Below, piece after piece: positions 29,464-39,051 of a DNA stretch of 64,000 nt (its first letter is position 1; each line of letters starts with the position of its first letter). The notes under the pieces were generated by a model. That model made no database searches. It worked only from the letters and a program-made list of their open reading frames with translations, and was not told the origin of the DNA. The position numbers and the translations under genes are program-made. The stretch covers positions 2,912 through 66,911 of the forward strand of contig CASYOT010000002.1 of the NCBI GenBank assembly GCA_949484645.1, given 5' to 3'. Origin of the DNA: an uncultured Lachnospiraceae bacterium (GTDB taxonomy: Bacteria > Bacillota > Clostridia > Lachnospirales > Lachnospiraceae).

Positions 29464-30469
29464 AAGCCTTAAAAATGAAAGGACAATACTGCGGGACGTT
29501 GTCCCGGTGGACACGCCTTTTTTATTAGGCATATTTTTAGGCGATATATGTAATTTTAAATGTAAATACTGCATTCAGTCTGCAGATGAATCCGTTGAGG
29601 AGAAAAAACAGTTAGTAAGGAAATTTTTAGAGTGGGAAACATTTCTTAAAATTGCAGATTCTGCAAAACAATTTCCGAAGAAAATTAAAACGGTATTGCT
29701 GACAAGCATCGGGGAGCCTTTACTGCATCCGGAAATTGTAAAGATGTTAGAGTATATGAACCGGATTGGGCTGGCGGATAACTATGAAATCATTACAAAT
29801 GCATCTATGCTTTCTGTAGATTTGGGAAGACAATTAGTGGATGCAGGGCTTACAAGATTATGCGTTTCGCTTCAGGGGCTGACGGCGGAAAAATATAAAG
29901 ACGTCTGCGGTGTAGAGATAGACTATGATGCATTTTACCAAAATTTAAAGAGTTTTTACGAATACAGCAGGGGAAAGTGCAGCGTACATATTAAGACAGT
30001 GGATCTTTCGTTAGAGGACGGTGAAGAAGACGCATTTCTAAAACTCTATGGTCCGGTATGCGACACGATTTACATTGATAAAGTCGCTCCGGTGTTTAAA
30101 GGCGTAGATTATAGCGGCATTGTGCTTGACGGGGAGCCTTATACAGAAGATAAATACAGGCAAAATGCGGCTGTGTGCTGTAGTTCTATTTTTTATACAT
30201 TGTATACGCTTGCGGACGGACGGATCGCTCCTTGTTGTGACCATCCGCAGCCGGTTATTTATGGGGACATTAACCAGACTGGGCTTGTGGAAGCATGGTC
30301 TTCTGAAAATAGAAAACGGTTTTTAAGACAGCATTTGACCCATAAAAGATGCGAAAACGGCATTTGCGCACAGTGCGCCGCGCCGCTTGTAAGAGAGTTT
30401 GACAGTGATAAGTTAGATGGCTGTGAGGAAGCAATCTTGGCCCGTTTAGAGGGGGGTATTTTTCATTAA
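29444..30469 (+). CDS. radical SAM enzyme with SPASM/twitch-like C-terminal Cys cluster (paralog of 16981..17994)
   Basis: CNFKCKYC motif; C-terminal CCSSIF...CCDHPQ...C...C cysteines; start set to ATG 29444 after GAAAGGAG (track TTG 29423). Confidence 0.75.
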   Translation: MAEVTTRSLKNERTILRDVVPVDTPFLLGIFLGDICNFKCKYCIQSADESVEEKKQLVRKFLEWETFLKIADSAKQFPKKIKTVLLTSIGEPLLHPEIVKMLEYMNRIGLADNYEIITNASMLSVDLGRQLVDAGLTRLCVSLQGLTAEKYKDVCGVEIDYDAFYQNLKSFYEYSRGKCSVHIKTVDLSLEDGEEDAFLKLYGPVCDTIYIDKVAPVFKGVDYSGIVLDGEPYTEDKYRQNAAVCCSSIFYTLYTLADGRIAPCCDHPQPVIYGDINQTGLVEAWSSENRKRFLRQHLTHKRCENGICAQCAAPLVREFDSDKLDGCEEAILARLEGGIFH

Positions 30470-30527
30470 CGAGAAGAAATTTAGTTTTCAAGATGCAGAA
30501 GAAGTTTATATATATGGCGCATCTTAT

Positions 30528-31757
30528 ATGGGTTCCGTCACAGGAAAAGCTTTGTTGGAAAATGGAAAGCGGATATGTGGGTTTATAGACAAACGGGCAA
30601 AGGACATACGACAATGCATCGGGTATCCGGTCTATGACATTGAGACATTGAAAAAGAAAGCGGGCAGACACGCTGTGATTTTTGTGGCGGTGAAAAATGT
30701 TTTTTATCATATGGACATTGCAGTGGAATTGTACGCAAATGGCTTTGAGAGAATTATATATAAGTCATGCCATGCCATTCATGGAACGATGTCAGGGGAA
30801 GAACAGTTATTAGATAAGGCGTATGAACTGATATATAAAACAGGGGACATTCCGGATTTTGAGATACCTATTGTACTGCCAAAACAGGAATTTCAATGGA
30901 CGCCAAGCAGGATTCTTTTAGAAACAGAGGAATATGTGACATTGAACGCGCCGTTAGAACAGATTTATACGGGAGTGACTGCGGCGAAATGGACAAATAC
31001 GCCCGTTTTGTCATTAATTCCGTATATTGAACTGTTCCGTTATTTTGAAGGGGACAGCCAGTGCAGGCCAGATGATTATATTGCGCTTTGTGAGGAAGGG
31101 GCGCGGAGTGAACAGATTGAAATAACGGATAGTTGGAAGCAATATGCGCTCGAAAACCGGTTTCATATTTTCGGGCAAATGCGGTGGCAGTATGAACATG
31201 AACCTGAGTTTTTTACCGTACAGGCGCCAGAGGCGGCATGGGACAAAAGGGGATATTTCCGCCTGCTGACCGGCAAGCACAGGATTTGTTTTTTGATTGC
31301 GATGGGAAAGACAAGCGCGCCGCTGAAAATTCGCAAAGACACGTGGAGGGCGATCTGTGAAGATCCTAAATTACATGAAATCCGCCAGATCTTAGAACGC
31401 AGCCCAAATGCGCAAATGCCGCTTCCGCATGTTTATTTTCAGGGAAACCGGCAGTTTCATTGTATATTCTATCAAAAAAAGCTGAGAGAACTTTATTGGC
31501 AGATGTACAAAACCGGAAAAATGTGTGGGCAGGAAAGAGAAACTTTAGAAATTCTCGATCAGACGCAGGACAGCGGATATTTTTCCCTGATATTTTCACA
31601 GATGGGCTTTTGCGTCTACAGGGATTTCAGACTGTCTTCTGATAAGAATGAAATTTATCAGAAATTGGGAATGAAAATTTCAGAACGGGCAAATAGCGCT
31701 TCAAAAACGCGGATAAGGCTGGATGGGGAGGGGAATTTTCAAAATGAAAACGACTGA
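30528..31757 (+). CDS. uncharacterised protein family member 3 (annotated start probably N-terminally truncated)
   Basis: YFRLLTGKHRICFLIAMGKTSAPLKI motif and GFIDKRAKDI N-domain; the conserved N-terminal segment ...AEEVYIYGASY is in frame upstream of ATG 30528 with no in-frame ATG, GTG or TTG before it. Confidence 0.45.
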   Translation: MGSVTGKALLENGKRICGFIDKRAKDIRQCIGYPVYDIETLKKKAGRHAVIFVAVKNVFYHMDIAVELYANGFERIIYKSCHAIHGTMSGEEQLLDKAYELIYKTGDIPDFEIPIVLPKQEFQWTPSRILLETEEYVTLNAPLEQIYTGVTAAKWTNTPVLSLIPYIELFRYFEGDSQCRPDDYIALCEEGARSEQIEITDSWKQYALENRFHIFGQMRWQYEHEPEFFTVQAPEAAWDKRGYFRLLTGKHRICFLIAMGKTSAPLKIRKDTWRAICEDPKLHEIRQILERSPNAQMPLPHVYFQGNRQFHCIFYQKKLRELYWQMYKTGKMCGQERETLEILDQTQDSGYFSLIFSQMGFCVYRDFRLSSDKNEIYQKLGMKISERANSASKTRIRLDGEGNFQNEND

Positions 31758-33288
31758 TTTAGAGTTTGAATACAATGAGCGGGCAGACGGCTATATTTAT
31801 GTGAATGAAGACAAGTTAGAAACAGAGGTAAAAGAATTGCTCCGGTCGGGAAAAGACGTTGAAGCGCTGCGCATGAACGAAGAAATTTCAAGGGAGGCCT
31901 ATCTGTGCCTTACAAAAAAACGGGAAGCTGTTTTAAAGTGGTACCATTTCAAAGAAGAATCTGAGATTTTAGAGATTGGAGCCGGATACGGGGAACTGAC
32001 AGAATATCTTTGCCGCCACAGCAGGCATGTGACGAGTTATGAGAGGAAAACCGAGCGCGCCGACATTATTAAAATGCGCTGCCAGCCATATGGGAATTTG
32101 GACTGCCATTCCGGTTTATTACAAGATATGCGTTGGCAAAAGACATATGATTATATATTTTTGCATGATATTTTAGCATTATCCCGAAAGTTTTTTAAAG
32201 GGGAAGATGCAAGCGTAGAGATGCTTAAGTTTTTGCTTCCATATCTTAAAGAAGACGGAAAATTTATCATAACGGTTGAAAACCGTCTTGGGCTTAAGTA
32301 TTTTGCCGGGGCGGCAGAAGAAATTTCCTCACAGTTTTTTTGGGGGCTTAATCTTTTTGACGAAGATGAAAGAGGCAGGACATTTTCAAGAAAAGAATTG
32401 GAACGGGTTCTGCAAAAAAGTGGTTTAGAAAATATAAATTGGTTTTATCCGTATCCTGATTTGGCATATCCGTTAGAGATTTATACAGATGAAGTCATGG
32501 ATAAAATGGGATATGGGATCTCTATGCCGGATTATGAAATTGTTTCAGACCGTTATCAGTTTTTTGATGAGCAGAGAATGTTTTGGGCTTTAAGGAACGA
32601 GGGGATTGCAAATCGGTTTGTGAATGCGTTTTTTGTGGAATGTTCCAGAAAAGAATCCGGCAAACAGCTTTTATTTGCGGATTTAAAAAATGGATTTACC
32701 ATAAAGGAACAGACAGAACAAGGCTTTATAGACGGGAGTGGGAATCTTCTTCCTAAAGGGGAACGTCTCGATGTGTATCTGGCAGGAAAACTTCAGGAAA
32801 CCGTGAATTGCAATCTGGGCGGCAAGAATCCATTTATATCTGAAATTTATGATGTGTTCCGTGAAATATATTTGTATTTACAGAAGTCTTTTTGCAGGAT
32901 ACAGGATTTCTATTATTCAGACGGCAAGATTGCGCTGCATGAACAAAAGCAAGAGAAAAAACCGGCGTCGGAGTATTGGCGCTGGGAATTGGTTTATGAA
33001 TGGTATTTCAGGCATGTCATGTTTTACAGAAACGCAAAAAGAAGAATTTTGCTGGAAGATTTGCTGGAGATTGTACAGGTAAACACCGGGCATATTGCAG
33101 AATATTTGAAGGTTTGGAAAGATAAGTCAGAGAAGCATTATATTACGCCGAGATTGTCGCAGAATATGTTTGATTTTGAAGCGGAAGCGGCAAAGGATGC
33201 GAGGTATTTTGGGCAGGAACTAATAAATAAAAGGACATTAAAAGATAAATTGGAAAGTATGTGGAGCATAGGCGGGGAAACGGAATGA
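31744..33288 (+). CDS. class I SAM-dependent methyltransferase domain protein with large C-terminal extension
   Basis: ILEIGAGYGELTEYL methyltransferase motif I; start set to MKTTDLEF with GGAGGGGAA RBS; 514 aa. Confidence 0.65.
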   Translation: MKTTDLEFEYNERADGYIYVNEDKLETEVKELLRSGKDVEALRMNEEISREAYLCLTKKREAVLKWYHFKEESEILEIGAGYGELTEYLCRHSRHVTSYERKTERADIIKMRCQPYGNLDCHSGLLQDMRWQKTYDYIFLHDILALSRKFFKGEDASVEMLKFLLPYLKEDGKFIITVENRLGLKYFAGAAEEISSQFFWGLNLFDEDERGRTFSRKELERVLQKSGLENINWFYPYPDLAYPLEIYTDEVMDKMGYGISMPDYEIVSDRYQFFDEQRMFWALRNEGIANRFVNAFFVECSRKESGKQLLFADLKNGFTIKEQTEQGFIDGSGNLLPKGERLDVYLAGKLQETVNCNLGGKNPFISEIYDVFREIYLYLQKSFCRIQDFYYSDGKIALHEQKQEKKPASEYWRWELVYEWYFRHVMFYRNAKRRILLEDLLEIVQVNTGHIAEYLKVWKDKSEKHYITPRLSQNMFDFEAEAAKDARYFGQELINKRTLKDKLESMWSIGGETE

Positions 33289-34151
33289 AAGAGTTGACAA
33301 AGGAGATTATCCAATATATCGGCGCGGTCAAAAAGGAGTATGAAAAGAGGTATCATATCCAGATTTTAATGTGGACAGTGAGAAAATCATTTCTGAGGGG
33401 CTTGGAACGAAAGACAAGTGATTTGGACGTTGTGTTTGTGTTCCAAAATTTAGATTCAAAGAAGAAAAAAATTATCTTTGAGCGCGCAGACCGCAGAATT
33501 GAGCTGCAATGCTGGGACATACAGGATATATTGGAAATCATTGCTGAGAATAAAAGGCGATCTTTACAGGAAAAGAAGTTTTTCCCATACTATAAAAGCA
33601 ATGAGTTGAAACATTATATTTTGGATTATTACCATGGCTTTTATGCCGGCTGGGATTCTGCGCTGATGAAAGATGAGTATGGATTTTGCCAAAATTGCGG
33701 GAAACATATCTTTCATCTTTATGAACCGTTTGTTGTGGCAAATATGTTGTATTTGGATTTAAAAGGGCAGTGTAAACGCGTCGAAATGGGGTATTGGTTG
33801 TCTTTAAATGAATACATTAATGCTATCTGGTCAGGGTTAGCGGGGCTTCATGCGCTTTCAAATGGCAGGCCTTCCGATACGCAGATACGGTTTTTGGCGG
33901 AAACGTATCTGAACGGGGAGGAGGCCAAAATGCTACTAAGCTATGTTGCGCATTTTAAACAGACAGTCCAAAAGCAGAGTAATTACTGCAATATGGAAGC
34001 GTTAAACCAAATGCTTTTGGATCTTAAGCTTAGGCTGGAGAAAAAAATGAAACAGTTTAACATACAAGAGATTGACATAGAAAAAGAACTTTTGGATATC
34101 CAAGGTCAATTAAAGGAAATGAGGAATGTTTATGAAAATTCAAGTTGCTGA
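33285..34151 (+). CDS. putative nucleotidyltransferase-fold (Pol-beta-like) protein
   Basis: RGLERKTSDLDVVFVF resembles the GS-x(n)-DxD minimal nucleotidyltransferase motif; ATGA overlap with the upstream stop; otherwise unrecognised. Confidence 0.35.
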   Translation: MKELTKEIIQYIGAVKKEYEKRYHIQILMWTVRKSFLRGLERKTSDLDVVFVFQNLDSKKKKIIFERADRRIELQCWDIQDILEIIAENKRRSLQEKKFFPYYKSNELKHYILDYYHGFYAGWDSALMKDEYGFCQNCGKHIFHLYEPFVVANMLYLDLKGQCKRVEMGYWLSLNEYINAIWSGLAGLHALSNGRPSDTQIRFLAETYLNGEEAKMLLSYVAHFKQTVQKQSNYCNMEALNQMLLDLKLRLEKKMKQFNIQEIDIEKELLDIQGQLKEMRNVYENSSC

Positions 34152-35937
34152 TTATGTTGCGCAGTTTTTAATGGAAAAAGGAATTACGGATCTTTTTTCA
34201 GTAGTAGGCGGCGGCTCGATGTTTCTAAATGATGCGTTTGGGAGGGCAAAAGGCATACGCTGTATTTATAACCATCATGAGCAGGCCTGCGCCATGGCGG
34301 CAGAAGCTTATTTTAAGTATAAAAACCAAATGGCGGCTGTCTGCGTGACGTCAGGGCCGGGCGGGACAAATGCTCTGACAGGGGTTCTTGGCGCATGGCA
34401 GGATAGCATCCCGTTATTTATTATTTCCGGACAGGTTCGTTATGAGACAACGGTAGACAGTGCAGGACTTCCTTTGCGGCAGTTTGGGGGACAGGAGCAC
34501 CAAATTGTGGATACTGTCAAAAATATAACGAAGTATGCGGCAATGGTGAAAAAAGCGGAAGACGTCAGATGGCATTTGGAAAAAGCGTATGATATGGCAA
34601 TGGATGGAAGACGGGGTCCGGTTTGGCTGGATATTCCATTAAATGTGCAGAGCGCTGAAATTGAAACGGAATCGTTAAAAGGGTTTCAGAAACCTGAGAA
34701 AGACAGAGAAAAGGTTAGAGGGTATGCAGACTCTATTTTGGAGGAAGTAAAGAAGGCGGAACGGCCGTTAATCATAGCTGGTTCCGCAGTACGGTCTTCA
34801 GGCGCGCAAGACGTTTTTCTCAGGCTGTTGGAACGGCTGCATATTCCGGTGACATATCCTCTGGTCGTGTCTGATTTGGTAAGCAATGAGAATCGTCAGG
34901 CGGTAGGCTGTTTTGGAGGGGCAGGGACGAGAGCCGGAAATTTTGCAGTCCAAAATGCGGATCTACTGCTTGTGTTTGGATGCAGAATGGCATTTTCCCA
35001 TATTGGGTTTAATTATGAAAAATTTTCTCCGGCTTCCAGAAAGATTGTAGTAGACATAGATGAGGCGGAACAGTCAAAACCCACGATGAAACGCGATATA
35101 AAAATATTGGCAGACGTACGGGATATACTTGAAGAAATGGAAAAGCGTGATTTATGCGGTATGCCTTCCTATCCAAAATGGAATGCGTATTGTCAGGAAT
35201 TAAAGAAAAGATTTCCGATCTATCAAAAGCATCATGAAACAAGCGAAGATGGAAGGGTCAATCCTTATTTTATGGCAAAAGCATTGTCGGATCGTATGGA
35301 TGAACATGGCATTATCGCGCTTGGCAATAGTTCGGGATTAGATCCAAAACTTCAGTATGGCATAGAGAAACAAGGGGAACGGGTTATTTTAAATTGTAAC
35401 TGCGGTTCTATGGGATACTGCCTTCCGGCAGGCATTGGCGCCGCGGCGGCTTCGGGCAGACGGGTGGTTGTATATACAGGGGACGGATGTATGCAGATGA
35501 ATATACAGGAGCTTTTAACCATTTCTCACAATAAACTTCCGGTAAAAATCATTGTGCTGAATAATAAAGGATATGGCGGAGTGGTCGCTACGCAGACTAA
35601 TTTTTTCGATGGGCATCTGTGCGGCTGTACGGAGGAATCCGGCATCAGTATGCCGGACTTTGAAAAGCTTGCGTATGCGTATGGATTTCAATATGTCAGG
35701 GCCGAGAACCATGAGCAGGTAGAAAAGGCTTTGGATGCATTATTATGTGATGACGCCCCGGCAATATGTGAGGTGTATCAAGATATGATTCAGGGGATTG
35801 AACCTAGGGTTTCAAGCAGGAAGTTAGAAGATGGGACATTGGTTTCAACCGGAATTGATGACTTAGCCCCATTCCTTCCTTTAGAAGAATATGAAGCCTG
35901 CCAATATGAGAATTGGGTGAAAGGCGGAAAAGAATGA
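34132..35937 (+). CDS. ThDP-dependent acetolactate-synthase-like enzyme (second YerE-like paralog)
   Basis: Aligns with the 18021..19805 protein (DLFSVVGGGSMFLNDAF, HHEQACAMAAEAY, VCVTSGPGGTNALTG, GRRGPVWLDIP, C-terminal ThDP motif YTGDGCMQMNIQEL); start at ATG 34132 after GAGGA. Confidence 0.75.
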   Translation: MKIQVADYVAQFLMEKGITDLFSVVGGGSMFLNDAFGRAKGIRCIYNHHEQACAMAAEAYFKYKNQMAAVCVTSGPGGTNALTGVLGAWQDSIPLFIISGQVRYETTVDSAGLPLRQFGGQEHQIVDTVKNITKYAAMVKKAEDVRWHLEKAYDMAMDGRRGPVWLDIPLNVQSAEIETESLKGFQKPEKDREKVRGYADSILEEVKKAERPLIIAGSAVRSSGAQDVFLRLLERLHIPVTYPLVVSDLVSNENRQAVGCFGGAGTRAGNFAVQNADLLLVFGCRMAFSHIGFNYEKFSPASRKIVVDIDEAEQSKPTMKRDIKILADVRDILEEMEKRDLCGMPSYPKWNAYCQELKKRFPIYQKHHETSEDGRVNPYFMAKALSDRMDEHGIIALGNSSGLDPKLQYGIEKQGERVILNCNCGSMGYCLPAGIGAAAASGRRVVVYTGDGCMQMNIQELLTISHNKLPVKIIVLNNKGYGGVVATQTNFFDGHLCGCTEESGISMPDFEKLAYAYGFQYVRAENHEQVEKALDALLCDDAPAICEVYQDMIQGIEPRVSSRKLEDGTLVSTGIDDLAPFLPLEEYEACQYENWVKGGKE

Positions 35938-36845
35938 AACTTTGTTTAGGGACTGTCCAACAGGGATTGGAATATGGGATTAATAATAAGTATGGAAAGC
36001 CTTCAAAAGAGTATAGCCAAAAAATCTTTTACGAAGCGGTAAAGCATGGGATTACAATGTTTGATACGGCAAGGGCATATGGAGATGCAGAATTGCTTTT
36101 GGGGGAATATTTAAAAGAACATGGGAATCGAAATGAAATCAAGATCATATCAAAACTCCGTCCGAACATACTAGAAGGTTGTAAGGATATATACGATACG
36201 ATATGCCGGGAATGTGAAGGCACTTTAAAGCGGATAGGCGTAGAATCCTTAGACGGATATTTGCTCCATACGCCGGAGTACATCCGAGATCCCAAAGTCG
36301 TTTCGGCTCTTTTAAAATTAAAGGAGGAGGGATATGCTTCGCATATAGGCGTATCCATTTACAATATAGAAGACGGGGACGTTGCAATCAATACGGGGGC
36401 AGTTGACTATATACAGCTTCCTTTTAGCATATTTGACCAGCGCGGAAAAAACAGCGGATTTCTCCGGCGGGCAAAAGAAGCCAAAATTACGGTATTTGCA
36501 AGAAGCATATTTTTGCAGGGATTGTATTTTATGGATGCGGGCAGTCTGCCGGAAAAAGTGAAACGGGCAGAGCCTATGCTGCGGAACTGGGAGCTGATTT
36601 TAGAGGAGCGTCACGCCAATCGGGAAGAAGTCTTAATTGAATTTGTGAAACAGTCCAAAGAGATTGATTATCTTGTGTTTGGAGTAGACACAGTGGAACA
36701 GTTACAAAGAGATATTTCTGTATTCGAAAGCGAAAGTAAATTAGATGAAACTATTTGGAACATAATCGGAGAAAAATTTTCCGATGTGGAGGAAAGCATT
36801 ATAATACCAAGTTTATGGGCGAAACAAGAAAGGAAGGGAAAATGA
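35934..36845 (+). CDS. aldo/keto reductase family oxidoreductase
   Basis: MKLCLGTVQQG...FDTARAYGDAELLLGEYL and IGVSIYN AKR signatures; ATGA overlap with the upstream stop. Confidence 0.75.
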   Translation: MKLCLGTVQQGLEYGINNKYGKPSKEYSQKIFYEAVKHGITMFDTARAYGDAELLLGEYLKEHGNRNEIKIISKLRPNILEGCKDIYDTICRECEGTLKRIGVESLDGYLLHTPEYIRDPKVVSALLKLKEEGYASHIGVSIYNIEDGDVAINTGAVDYIQLPFSIFDQRGKNSGFLRRAKEAKITVFARSIFLQGLYFMDAGSLPEKVKRAEPMLRNWELILEERHANREEVLIEFVKQSKEIDYLVFGVDTVEQLQRDISVFESESKLDETIWNIIGEKFSDVEESIIIPSLWAKQERKGK

Positions 36846-37544
36846 TGGGAGCAAAAAACATTTTTTTAACGACAGAAGGGGACGCATGGTATAGGAGAAA
36901 CCGTGAAAAGTTAGAAGAAGAAAGTGGATTTTCGGCGGTGGATTTAATGATTGATTTTCTAAATAGACAAAAAAAATCTCTGGGGGGGGGTAAATGGCTT
37001 TTCGTGGGATAAGCTGAATATTTTGGAAATCGGGTGTAGTTATGGATATAATCTGGCAAAGTTTTGCGAATCATTTTCTTGTCAATGTTATGGAATTGAA
37101 CCGTCAAAAGAAGCGGTAGAAGATGGAAATAGAAGATATAAGGATCTGCCAATTCAATTAACTCAGGGAACAGGGGATCTTTTGCCGTATGAGGCGGAAT
37201 CTATGGATGTGGTTATAATGGGATTTTGCATGTTGTGGATGGAGCGGAAAGACATATTGCAGGCATACGCGCAAGCAGACAGAGTTTTGAAAACAAATGG
37301 GATTATGATGGTTTATGATTTTGATGCGAAAATGCCATATCTTAGGGATAATATCCATAATAGAGAAGTGTTTACATATAAAATGGATTATGCGCAGCCG
37401 TTCATGGCTTTTCCAAACTATTATTTAATGGATAAGACCGTATTTTGCCATATGGGAAATTTTTTTGACAAAAGAATACAGGAAAGAATATCTTTGCAGA
37501 TTTTATATAAAGAGTCTTTGGAGGATGCGTATAGGAAAGGATAA
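36842..37544 (+). pseudogene. SAM-dependent methyltransferase, frameshifted at an A8-G9 homopolymer (candidate phase-OFF copy)
   Basis: Two consecutive ORFs (36842..37006 and 37023..37544) together align to the intact paralog 37571..38266 (about 85% nt identity); the reading frame breaks at the G9 tract 36982..36990; an 8-G version restores ...SLGGVNGFSWDKLNILEIGCSYGY.... Confidence 0.7.
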
Positions 37545-37570
37545 AGGACCAGAGAAAGGCAGGCGGTAAA

Positions 37571-38266
37571 GTGGAGGCAAAGGAGATATTCTTAACGACA
37601 GAAGGGGACGCATGGTATAGAAGAAATCGTGAAAAACTGGAAGAAACAAAAAATTTTATTGCGGCAGAGATAATCATAGAATTTTTAAACAGACAAAAGA
37701 GCGGTATGGGAATGAATGGCTTTGCATGGGAGCGTTTTAAGATTTTAGAAGTCGGATGCAGTTATGGTTATCATTTGGCAAAGTTTTGTGAAGCGTTTCC
37801 CTGCCAGTGCTATGGAATTGAGCCGTCAAAAGAAGCGGTGGAAGACGGCAGTCATAAATATAAAGGCCTGCCTATGCAGTTAGTTCAGGGGACAGGTGAT
37901 TCTCTGCCATATGAAGCGGAATCTATGGATATTGTCATTATGGGGTTTTGTATGTTTTGGATGGATAGAAATCATCTGCTGCAGGCGTATGCGGAAGCGG
38001 ACAGGGTCTTAAAACCAAAGGGATTGCTTATAATTTATGATTTTGACACGAAGCTTCCCTATGTCAGAGACAATGCGCACAGTAAAGATGTGGATACATT
38101 TAAAATGGATTATGCAAAAGCGTTGACGGCTCTGCCGCATTATTACTTAATGGATAAAACGGTGTTTTGCCATAAAGGAAATTATTTTGATGAAGATATA
38201 CAGGAAAGGATTTCCATGCAGATTCTTTATAAGGAGGATTTCAAAGATGCATATATCAGAGGGTGA
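37571..38266 (+). CDS. class I SAM-dependent methyltransferase (intact tandem paralog)
   Basis: ILEVGCSYGYHLAKF motif I and VIMGFCMFWMD; 231 aa; GTG start at 37571 as in the track, with no in-frame ATG before it. Confidence 0.65.
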   Translation: MEAKEIFLTTEGDAWYRRNREKLEETKNFIAAEIIIEFLNRQKSGMGMNGFAWERFKILEVGCSYGYHLAKFCEAFPCQCYGIEPSKEAVEDGSHKYKGLPMQLVQGTGDSLPYEAESMDIVIMGFCMFWMDRNHLLQAYAEADRVLKPKGLLIIYDFDTKLPYVRDNAHSKDVDTFKMDYAKALTALPHYYLMDKTVFCHKGNYFDEDIQERISMQILYKEDFKDAYIRG

Positions 38267-39038
38267 ACGGCCGGATGTTTTGATTATGATACAGGCGAGG
38301 ACGGGGTCTTCTAGGCTGGCGAATAAAGTTCTGCATAAAATAAAAGGAATCACGGTATTGGAACATGTGATTAACCGGATGCAAAAGTGTGAAAATGCGG
38401 ACGAAGTGATTGTTGCGACAACTGTTGAACAAAATGATTTAGAGATTGTAAAAATTTGCGCAGAAAAAGGCGTGCGGGTTTATTGCGGTTCAGAACAGGA
38501 TGTGCTTGACAGGTATTATCAGGCGGCGCGTTTATTTGGACGAGACGGGGAAAAACATATTGTAAGAATTACGGCGGATTGCCCTATGCACGATTTTAGG
38601 ATTGTAGACAGAGTAATTAAAGAGCATTTTGCCCATCATGCAGATTATACCTCTAATGCTGAGAGTGAGACATTCCCAGATGGGTTAGATGTGGAAGTCT
38701 TTCGGTTTGAGGCATTAGAACAGGCATGGCGGGAAGCTAAATTGGCATCGGATCGTGAGCATGTGACGCAATATATCAGAAGATGTGAAACAATGACGAA
38801 ATATTCCGTAGAAAGCGCGGTTAATTACAGAGAGGAACGCTGGACGCTTGATGAGCCGGAAGACGAAGCGTTTATAAAAGAAATTTTTGACAGGTTATAT
38901 GAGAAAGACCCATTCTTTGGAATGGAGCAGGTATTGGAGACGGAACGAAAAGAGCCGGAATTAAAGAAAATAAATGCCGCTTTAATTCGAAATGAAGGGT
39001 TATTGAAATCATTAGACCGGGATTATATTGTGAAATAA
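38247..39038 (+). CDS. SpsF/CMP-sugar cytidylyltransferase family (CTP_transf_3), putative CMP-pseudaminic acid synthetase
   Basis: IMIQARTGSSRLANKVL motif typical of SpsF/KdsB-type cytidylyltransferases; start at MHISEG with AAGGAGGA RBS; upstream of pseI/G/C/H. Confidence 0.6.
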   Translation: MHISEGERPDVLIMIQARTGSSRLANKVLHKIKGITVLEHVINRMQKCENADEVIVATTVEQNDLEIVKICAEKGVRVYCGSEQDVLDRYYQAARLFGRDGEKHIVRITADCPMHDFRIVDRVIKEHFAHHADYTSNAESETFPDGLDVEVFRFEALEQAWREAKLASDREHVTQYIRRCETMTKYSVESAVNYREERWTLDEPEDEAFIKEIFDRLYEKDPFFGMEQVLETERKEPELKKINAALIRNEGLLKSLDRDYIVK

Positions 39039-39051
39039 GGAGGGGTAAAGT

